Positions 1 to 6,402 of a stretch of DNA of 64,000 nucleotides are shown piece by piece. The stretch covers positions 1-64,000 of IMG/VR virus record IMGVR_UViG_3300025085_000010; one strand, written 5' to 3'. Below the pieces are notes generated by a model, which was not told the DNA's origin, searched no databases, and saw nothing but the letters and a program-made list of their open reading frames with translations. A program made the translations under genes and the position numbers. The stretch is from a virus. The first letter of the stretch is position 1; each line of letters opens with the position of its first letter.

Positions 1-195
1 CATAATGATCTGAACGAAGAAGATTATATCACTACATTACTTCATGAGTTGGTCCATGTAGTACAGAATGAGCAAGGAATTACGTCGGATAAAGTAAGAG
101 AAGATCAAGCATATCACATGGAGAAGGTGTTATATAAGAACTATTGTGCCAGTGAGAGAACTGTCCCAAACCCGCTTGATTATTCCCCCGTTTAG
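1..195 (+). CDS. C-terminal part of an HExxH zinc-metalloprotease-like protein (5' truncated by window edge)
   Basis: Frame 1 is open from base 1 to TAG at 193-195: HNDLNEEDYITTLLHELVHVVQ...REDQAYHME. HELVH matches HExxH with a downstream Glu. Not in the ORF track (no start in window). Confidence 0.65.
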   Translation, partial: HNDLNEEDYITTLLHELVHVVQNEQGITSDKVREDQAYHMEKVLYKNYCASERTVPNPLDYSPV

Positions 196-204
196 CCCTA
201 TATT
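146..204 (+). promoter_or_regulatory. Early-type sigma70 promoter with upstream conserved box
   Basis: GTGCCAGT-N5-AACTGTCCC (146-167), then TTGATT (176-181), 17 bp, TATATT (199-204). A similar box recurs at 56799 and 59141. Confidence 0.7.
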
Positions 205-268
205 GGCCACATGGGAGGGAAGGCAACCAACCCGACCCGCTTAACTCACCTCACTTCAACTCATCTCC

Positions 269-607
269 ATGCGTAAGATCGAAACCCAAATGAATGCTGC
301 CATTTCTAACAATCAGAACTGGTCATCTGCAAACACAACGGTTCATTTTAACGAAGAAGAAAACCTCTCTATTGTTCGTCTTTATGGCAACAAAATTGCT
401 GAGGTAGGTGATACTTTCATTCGTCTCTTTGATGGCGGTCATCAGTCTAATACAACTAAATCACGTCTGAATGCTATTCTCTCTGAGCACGGTGATTGTG
501 GTGACAAAGTATTCGCAAAAAACTTTGATTGGTTTATTTCGATGAACACTGCCGAAGGAATTACCACCGTTCCTTTCTTCTCTTCTATGCGTCTTGCTAA
601 CTACTGA
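269..607 (+). CDS. Hypothetical early-region cyanophage protein (112 aa)
   Basis: ORF track. Lies downstream of an early-type promoter with a C/A-rich leader and phage-like codon usage. Confidence 0.8.
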   Translation: MRKIETQMNAAISNNQNWSSANTTVHFNEEENLSIVRLYGNKIAEVGDTFIRLFDGGHQSNTTKSRLNAILSEHGDCGDKVFAKNFDWFISMNTAEGITTVPFFSSMRLANY

Positions 608-617
608 TTAACATTTA

Positions 618-729
618 ATCTGGGCACGTTAGCTTGCATCGGTAAGTCCCAGATCAATAACTAGGCAGCACAGTACTCAGCATAAGACCTAGTATTAAAA
701 CAGTCCTGGTGATGACTTAAAACTCACTA
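618..729 (+). ncRNA. Candidate structured intergenic RNA (two similar stem-loops plus an H-type pseudoknot)
   Basis: Stems ATCTGGG/CCCAGAT (618-624/648-654) and ACTAGG/CCTAGT (660-665/688-693). AGTC/GACT (702-705/714-717) is crossed by TGGTGA/TCACTA (707-712/724-729). Confidence 0.45.
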
Positions 730-755
730 ATTACAAACTCTATCTAACACTTTTC

Positions 756-848
756 ATGTCTAAGTCTGATCTCTTCTCTGCTCTTGAATCTGCACAGAAT
801 GGTAATGATATTCTTCTCATCCTGGAGGCAATTGAAGCACTCTATTGA
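756..848 (+). CDS. Small acidic peptide (30 aa, MSKSDLFSALESAQNGNDILLILEAIEALY)
   Basis: Read manually: ATG 756 to TGA 848. Amphipathic helical pattern, phage-like codons, followed by a terminator. Confidence 0.55.
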   Translation: MSKSDLFSALESAQNGNDILLILEAIEALY

Positions 849-878
849 TTAGATAGTAAGAACAACTGAATCACACTA

Positions 879-905
879 AGGGGGTACAAAAACCCCCTCT
901 TTTTA
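879..905 (+). terminator. Rho-independent terminator
   Basis: AGGGGGT-acaaaa-ACCCCCT followed by CTTTTT. Confidence 0.75.
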
Positions 906-992
906 TACCCATATATAAGGATTATGCCTTAAAAAGTATTAAAAAAGGCTTTTTAAATGGCTTTCCTTTGTTTATATCGTTCTTAACAAGTC

Positions 993-1043
993 TGTGGAAA
1001 AGGTATCATTTACCTGTGGATAAAGGTATATTTCTGTGGATAA
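993..1043 (-). repeat. Three tandem DnaA-box sequences
   Basis: TGTGGAAAA (993-1001), TGTGGATAA (1015-1023) and TGTGGATAA (1035-1043), which read TTTTCCACA/TTATCCACA on the minus strand. Spacing 22 and 20 bp, AT-rich flanks. Confidence 0.7.
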
Positions 1044-1191
1044 GTGTGTTTCTATGTGTTAATTAATGATGATTTAAATGTGTCATAGAGTAGTGATCTT
1101 TGCCCGCAGGCTATCACGAACACACAGAAATGTCAAGGGGGCGCTGATAAGTTTTTCTGAGGATTGACATCGCAAATTTATCAGTCTTTCT

Positions 1192-1199
1192 TATAAATA
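1192..1199 (+). promoter_or_regulatory. T4-type late promoter motif
   Basis: Exact TATAAATA in non-coding DNA upstream of ORF 1270. Confidence 0.45.
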
Positions 1200-1211
1200 C
1201 TGATTGGAAGA

Positions 1212-1240
1212 TTGACAATATCCCTCAGGCAGTCTATACT
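1212..1240 (+). promoter_or_regulatory. sigma70-type promoter
   Basis: TTGACA (1212-1217), 17 bp, TATACT (1235-1240), 30 bp upstream of ATG 1270. Confidence 0.85.
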
Positions 1241-1269
1241 AGTAAAGTCACACCACCAGGACACCACTT

Positions 1270-1446
1270 ATGTCAGTCGCTATCAGTCAGGCACAAAAGC
1301 AACGTTACAGAATCACCCTGGATTTAGAGGTGATGGAAGACTTCAACCCACACAATATTGATTGGGAGAATCTATTTGAACTGGAAGGAAATGAGCAGCT
1401 GATTGATAGTTACGTAGAGGACCTGAGTAATCCTGTCAGGTGGTGA
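1270..1446 (+). CDS. Small hypothetical protein (58 aa, MSVAISQAQKQRYRITLDLEVMEDFNPHNIDWENLFELEG...NPVRW)
   Basis: Read manually (below the track cutoff). It has its own consensus promoter and resembles small conserved cyanophage proteins. Confidence 0.75.
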   Translation: MSVAISQAQKQRYRITLDLEVMEDFNPHNIDWENLFELEGNEQLIDSYVEDLSNPVRW

Positions 1447-1453
1447 TTGATGG

Positions 1454-1532
1454 CAGTTACTGACAGTTAGTCTCAGAACAGTTAGTAACACTTAGCAGTC
1501 TTATAACACGGGGGTTGACATCAGTTAGTCTC
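1454..1532 (+). repeat. CAGTTAG-type direct repeats (iteron/operator-like)
   Basis: CAGTTAC 1454, CAGTTAG 1464, CAGTTAG 1479, CACTTAG 1489, CAGTTAG 1522. CAGTTAGTCTC is exact at 1464 and 1522. Confidence 0.6.
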
Positions 1533-1543
1533 CGTGCTATTAT
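1515..1543 (+). promoter_or_regulatory. Strong sigma70-type promoter (extended -10)
   Basis: TTGACA (1515-1520), 17 bp, TATTAT (1538-1543) preceded by TGn. Confidence 0.85.
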
Positions 1544-1712
1544 ACAGTGAATCGACAGTGTTTATGGGCGGCGTTGTTGTGGCGTTGCGCCGCGTGCCCG
1601 TATATAAAAACGACCTACTACCCTAACCTACAGAGGTGACAGATCGCGAGAGATATATAAAGCGACTTACGAATACAAAAAGGAAAAAAAAATTCCGCGC
1701 AAAAAAATTCTT

Positions 1713-1931
1713 ATGGAAAAGGTTTATCACATCTATGCGAAACAAGAGTGTTTATACAATAGTTTAAATGAAGAACAATTTATTAATACATGGGAAACCC
1801 TCAAGGGGATGGTTGGTTTAATGCAAACTGATTATCAACTTGAGGATTTAACATATGAGGAGATTGTTTGCGCCCATGGAGGCTCTGGGGTAGGTAATCT
1901 ACATGAACCACCTGGGAGCGATTCATATTAG
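1713..1931 (+). CDS. Hypothetical cyanophage protein (72 aa)
   Basis: ORF track, same strand as its neighbours, plausible composition. Confidence 0.75.
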   Translation: MEKVYHIYAKQECLYNSLNEEQFINTWETLKGMVGLMQTDYQLEDLTYEEIVCAHGGSGVGNLHEPPGSDSY

Positions 1932-1954
1932 AGAACCGCATTAGGTTTCTGATA

Positions 1955-1983
1955 TTGACAACCTACATATAAACTGTTAGAAT
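1955..1983 (+). promoter_or_regulatory. sigma70-type promoter (extended -10)
   Basis: TTGACA (1955-1960), 17 bp, TAGAAT (1978-1983) preceded by TGn, 22 bp before ATG 2006. Confidence 0.85.
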
Positions 1984-2005
1984 TGAACTGAAGTTTCTAA
2001 GACTT

Positions 2006-2776
2006 ATGGCAAAAGGATTTACTGTTAAGGCGAATGCCCCCAAACCCAAGAAGACAGAGGAGTGGGACATCGCGGCAATCAAGCAACGTATGCGGGGTAA
2101 GACCATCGTATTCTGTTTACCAGGCCGTGGTTGTTCATTTACGTTTCTGAAGAACTTTGTACAACTGTGCTTTGATATGGTACAGAATGGAATGAGTATT
2201 CAGATCAGTCAAGATTATTCATCGATGGTTAACTTTGCACGTTGTAAGTGCTTAGGTGCGAATGTATTACGTGGTCCCAAGCAAGTTCCCTGGGATGGCA
2301 AATTAGAATATGACTATCAACTATGGATCGACTCAGATATTGTTTTTGATACAAACAAGTTCTGGCAGTTGTGTGACTTAAGTGTTCCGGCAGAAGGTGA
2401 AGAGCGTGGTATTACTGGAGGTTGGTATGCTACAGAAGATGGTGTCACAACATCAGTCGCACACTGGTTAGAAGAGGATGATTTCCGTAAGAATGGTGGA
2501 GTGATGAATCACGAAACTGTCGAATCTATTTCCAAACGACGCAAACCATTCACTGTTGATTATACAGGATTTGGATGGGTTATGATTAAGAAGGGAGTAT
2601 TTGAGGAAATGGAATACCCCTGGTTTGCCCCTAAGATGCAAGTCTTTGAGAGTGGGAATGTCCAGGACATGTGTGGTGAGGATGTCTCATTCTGTTTAGA
2701 TGCTAAAGAGATGGGATATGAGATCTGGTGCGATCCTCGTATCAGAGTTGGTCACGAAAAAACTCGCGTTATTTGA
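2006..2776 (+). CDS. GT-A fold glycosyltransferase-like protein
   Basis: YDYQLWIDSDIVF (DxD motif), ARCKC, YTGFGWVMIKKGVFE, GEDVSFC and C-terminal VGHEK, typical of phage GT2-like proteins. Confidence 0.75.
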   Translation: MAKGFTVKANAPKPKKTEEWDIAAIKQRMRGKTIVFCLPGRGCSFTFLKNFVQLCFDMVQNGMSIQISQDYSSMVNFARCKCLGANVLRGPKQVPWDGKLEYDYQLWIDSDIVFDTNKFWQLCDLSVPAEGEERGITGGWYATEDGVTTSVAHWLEEDDFRKNGGVMNHETVESISKRRKPFTVDYTGFGWVMIKKGVFEEMEYPWFAPKMQVFESGNVQDMCGEDVSFCLDAKEMGYEIWCDPRIRVGHEKTRVI

Positions 2777-2787
2777 GGTACTGAATT

Positions 2788-2922
2788 ATGATGATGAAAG
2801 GCGGCACTTATGTTAAGAGTAAGCCGAAAAAAACTCGCCAAGGAAACTCGCAGTATACGTTGAGATCCGCGACTTCTCGTAATAAAGCGAAAAAGAAGTA
2901 TCGGGGACAAGGAAGAGGTTAA
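2788..2922 (+). CDS. Small very basic peptide (44 aa, ...KKTRQG...KKKYRGQGRG)
   Basis: Read manually: ATG 2788 with GAGG upstream, TAA 2922. About 30% K/R with no acidic residues. The KxYRGQG ending is seen in many phage peptides. Confidence 0.75.
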   Translation: MMMKGGTYVKSKPKKTRQGNSQYTLRSATSRNKAKKKYRGQGRG

Positions 2923-2947
2923 ATAGAAGCAGTTATATTAGTTTATA

Positions 2948-3658
2948 ATGGCTGCGTTAATTTGTAACCTCCCCTCGGTTGAAGTATGGGTAAGAAAAGA
3001 ATATCTTACTGATCATCAATCTGGTCATGGTGAATTTGTTAAAGGCGTCTGGGTATCGTGTAAGTCGATACCTGGGCGCACTTTTTATTTTGAGACATAC
3101 TTACCAGAGTATGCTGCTATGTACGATAAACTGCCTATCAGTGCGTTTGTAAGCGCCCCTGAGACGCCTAGTCCTGATATGGACCTACCTAACCTACAAT
3201 TCTGGAATTGCATGGATTACGGCGTTGTGGCTATCACTAAGCAGTTTATTGGTTCGATGGACTATGAACTGTATACAAGAGACCATGGTATACAGAAAGG
3301 CACCTACATTTGTACAATTGACAACTATCATCAGGATCCAGAGGTAGTTGATTATGCAACAAGTGAAAATCCAGCTGAGCACAAGTCTCATAACTTGATT
3401 GAACTTGAAAATGGACAGTATGCACTGTATCCTAATAATAGAATGCGTATCTATGACAACAGTTTGACACCTGTTGAACCTAAAATACCTGATTTTAAGG
3501 TTTCGACTCAATATTATCAAGTTGAAAATGGTTTTGAACGTCTTGGAATGGGTCGTGAAGACGAATATTTCTGGAAAACGTCAAAAGAACGTGAAATTGA
3601 AGAAGAAAAAAATGAAGATATGTACAAATCACAAGAAAATCGCCCTGTAGACCCCTAG
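2948..3658 (+). CDS. Conserved T4-like cyanophage hypothetical protein (236 aa)
   Basis: ORF track, with TAAATA late motif at 2920-2925 upstream. Usual position before gp25. Confidence 0.8.
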   Translation: MAALICNLPSVEVWVRKEYLTDHQSGHGEFVKGVWVSCKSIPGRTFYFETYLPEYAAMYDKLPISAFVSAPETPSPDMDLPNLQFWNCMDYGVVAITKQFIGSMDYELYTRDHGIQKGTYICTIDNYHQDPEVVDYATSENPAEHKSHNLIELENGQYALYPNNRMRIYDNSLTPVEPKIPDFKVSTQYYQVENGFERLGMGREDEYFWKTSKEREIEEEKNEDMYKSQENRPVDP

Positions 3659-3669
3659 GAAAGAAAAAA

Positions 3670-3831
3670 ATGACTCCAAATCACGATTTTTTAGACAACT
3701 TAGCTAATGATAGTCATCAAAAAATGCTTCGTGAAATCGCAAATGATGATTTAACACCCAAAAAGCGGGATTCTATAGAAGAAACTGAATTTTTTGAAAA
3801 TCAGTTAACTCCAGAACCACTTTATGAGTAA
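3670..3831 (+). CDS. Small hypothetical protein (53 aa, MTPNHDFLDNLANDSHQKMLREIANDDLTPKK...)
   Basis: Read manually: ATG 3670, TAA 3831, AGGA upstream. Fills the gap between 3658 and the gp25 promoter. Confidence 0.7.
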   Translation: MTPNHDFLDNLANDSHQKMLREIANDDLTPKKRDSIEETEFFENQLTPEPLYE

Positions 3832-3848
3832 AATCCTGATTATGCCTT

Positions 3849-3856
3849 AATAAATA
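3849..3856 (+). promoter_or_regulatory. Late promoter for baseplate operon
   Basis: AATAAATA 22 bp upstream of the gp25 start. Confidence 0.75.
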
Positions 3857-3877
3857 AGATATAATCGCTGGATTTTT

Positions 3878-4279
3878 GTGCCTTTAGAACGGGTAAGTCA
3901 AGGTTTTAGAGATGTTAGTATGACATTTCAGAGACATCCTCTGAATGATGATATTATTGCGCTCAAAAATGAGCAAGCCATCGCCCGTTCAGTAAAAAAT
4001 ATCGTATTTACAACTCCTGGAGAGAAGTTTTTTGATCAAGATTTTGGATCTAAGATAAGTGCTTCTCTTTTTGAAAATCTTGATGACATTTCTGCAAGTA
4101 TTATTGAACAAGAAATTAGATCATCTATTGGTATATACGAACCAAGAGTTAAATTGGTTTCTGTAAAGTTGAATCCAGACTATGATAGTAATGCATTTAA
4201 TGCAACTATCATCTATAAAATTATTGGTGCGGATGTGCCTCCTCAAGAATTACAATTCGTCTTGCAACAAACTAGGTAA
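3878..4279 (+). CDS. gp25: Baseplate wedge subunit gp25
   Basis: AIARSVKNIVFTTPGEKFF..DFGS...YEPRV (gp25/GPW signature), immediately before gp6. Confidence 0.93.
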   Translation: MPLERVSQGFRDVSMTFQRHPLNDDIIALKNEQAIARSVKNIVFTTPGEKFFDQDFGSKISASLFENLDDISASIIEQEIRSSIGIYEPRVKLVSVKLNPDYDSNAFNATIIYKIIGADVPPQELQFVLQQTR

Positions 4280-4282
4280 AAA

Positions 4283-6385
4283 ATGCCATTAGCTAATTTC
4301 ACTAACCTAGATTTTAATCAGGTTAAAACAACACTCCGAGAATATCTTAAAGAGAATTCTAATTTTACAGATTATGATTTTGAGGGGTCGAATTTATCGA
4401 CTATTCTCGATGTCTTGGCATATAATACCTACATCACCTCTTATAACGCGAATATGGTCGCGAATGAGGTATTCATCGATAGTGCGACATTAAGAGAAAA
4501 TGTCGTCTCTTTAGCAAGAAATATTGGATATTTACCAAAATCAAGAAAAGCAGCAAGAGGTGTTGTTACATTTCAGGTCAATACTGCCAATATAACTCCC
4601 GTCCCATCAACAATAACTCTTAAAAAAGGTCCAACAGTCACTTCTTCTGGATCTTTTGGCAATCAATCATATGTTTTTTGCATTTTAGAGGATATCACAG
4701 TTCCTGTAGTTAATAATATTGCAACTTTTTCTAATATTTCGGTTTATGAGGGAACATTACTAACGTCTAACTTTACTCAAAACTATAGAAATCCAAATCA
4801 AAAGTTTATTTTAGACAATAATGGTATTGATACCGATTTAATAACGGTTACAGTAAGACCAAATGAGTCATCATCTAGAAGTGTTAAGTATTCGCGTCAA
4901 GATAGTTTATTTGATGTAAAGTCCGATTCAAAAGTTTATTATCTTCAAGAAGTTGATGATGAAAGATATCAAGTAATCTTCGGTGATGGTATTTTTGGAA
5001 ATAGACTCGAAGACAATAATTATATCAGTGTAGACTATATTTCATCTAGTGGTGATGCCGCAAATGGGGTAAGTTCATTTGCTTTTGCTGGAAGATTGGT
5101 CTATAACCGAAATGCACAAGAATATAAGGTAACTTCTGGCATATCCCTCGTATCAACCGGTCTTGGAGCTGGTGGTGGTGAACCAATTGAAAGTGTTGAG
5201 TCAATCAAAAAGTTTGCACCAAGGATTTATGCTTCTCAGAACAGAGCACTGACTGCAAATGACTATGAAACACTGATTCCTGCTAGAATTTACCCAGAAA
5301 CTGAGTCTATTTCTGTTTTTGGTGGCGAAGAGTTGGTTCCACCTCAGTATGGTAAAGTTTTTATAAGCATCAAACCAAGATTTGGGGATTTTCTTCCAAA
5401 TTTGATCAAAGAAAATATCAAACTCAAATTAAAGAAATTTGCAGTTGCTGGAATTGTTCCTGAAATTCTAGATCTCAAATATTTGTATCTTGAGGTTAAT
5501 TCAAAAATTTATTACAACTCAAATCTTGCGCCATCTGCAGCTGCTGTTTCTACAATTGTTCAAAACAACGTCACTAAGTATTCTGAGTCCAGTGAATTAA
5601 ATAAGTACGGAGCAAGATTAAAATATAGTAAATTCTTGAAAGTTGTTGATGACAGTCACGAATCCGTGATGTCAAACATCACAACTATAAGTATGAGAAG
5701 GGATTTGAGAGTTCTCATCAACCAATTTGCAGAATATCAAATTGGTTTTGGTAATGAAATTTATATTAAGAGAATGGATGGGTATAATATTAAATCATCT
5801 GCAATTTTGGTGGCAGGTATTAATCAACCAGTTTATGTTTCGGATGTTCCAGACACAAATAGAGTTACAGGAAGTCTTTTCTTCTTTACGGTTCCAAGTA
5901 TTGGTTCACAAACTCCAACAGTAGTAAGAAGAAACGTTGGTACGATTAATTACGCAACAGGAGTCATTACATTAAATCCAGTTAATATTACTGGCGCAAA
6001 AATCAAAGATGGAGTTCAAACATTAGAAATTTCTGCAAGCCCAACCTCAAATGATGTTGTTGGATTACAGGATCTTTATTTGCAACTAGATATTAGTAAC
6101 AGTAATTTTGAAACTGTTGTTGATGAGATTTCTTCGGGACTTGACCCATCTGCATCCAACTATGTTGTATCGTCAAGTTATGCTAATGGAAATCTGGTTC
6201 GCTCCGGTGGACCAACCACAACCACATCCACGGTTAATAGATCAACTGCAACTACATCCACAACGGCTACAACGGCATCTAGTGGCACATCAGTATCATC
6301 TAGTGGAGCATCAGGAGGTACTTCTTACTCAGGAACTACCACATCTTCATCAGGTACATCAACTTCAGGTTCAACCTCATACTAA
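4283..6385 (+). CDS. gp6: Baseplate wedge subunit gp6 with Ser/Thr/Gly-rich tail
   Basis: FTDYDFEGSNLSTILDVLAYNTY, FGDGIFG and QNRALTANDY (T4 gp6 motifs). Confidence 0.95.
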   Translation: MPLANFTNLDFNQVKTTLREYLKENSNFTDYDFEGSNLSTILDVLAYNTYITSYNANMVANEVFIDSATLRENVVSLARNIGYLPKSRKAARGVVTFQVNTANITPVPSTITLKKGPTVTSSGSFGNQSYVFCILEDITVPVVNNIATFSNISVYEGTLLTSNFTQNYRNPNQKFILDNNGIDTDLITVTVRPNESSSRSVKYSRQDSLFDVKSDSKVYYLQEVDDERYQVIFGDGIFGNRLEDNNYISVDYISSSGDAANGVSSFAFAGRLVYNRNAQEYKVTSGISLVSTGLGAGGGEPIESVESIKKFAPRIYASQNRALTANDYETLIPARIYPETESISVFGGEELVPPQYGKVFISIKPRFGDFLPNLIKENIKLKLKKFAVAGIVPEILDLKYLYLEVNSKIYYNSNLAPSAAAVSTIVQNNVTKYSESSELNKYGARLKYSKFLKVVDDSHESVMSNITTISMRRDLRVLINQFAEYQIGFGNEIYIKRMDGYNIKSSAILVAGINQPVYVSDVPDTNRVTGSLFFFTVPSIGSQTPTVVRRNVGTINYATGVITLNPVNITGAKIKDGVQTLEISASPTSNDVVGLQDLYLQLDISNSNFETVVDEISSGLDPSASNYVVSSSYANGNLVRSGGPTTTTSTVNRSTATTSTTATTASSGTSVSSSGASGGTSYSGTTTSSSGTSTSGSTSY

Positions 6386-6402
6386 GACGATAAATTCATA
6401 AA

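Noticed and set aside
610-730. Resemblance to hammerhead or pistol ribozyme fragments (GTC..ATGA..AAAC; GGGCACGTTA..TAAGTCCC)
   Set aside because: The hammerhead core CUGANGA/GAAA and the full pistol stems cannot be assembled, so it is kept only as an unassigned structured RNA.
993-1043. Mini CRISPR-like array
   Set aside because: Repeats and spacers are only about 10 bp each and there are no cas genes; the unit matches DnaA boxes instead.
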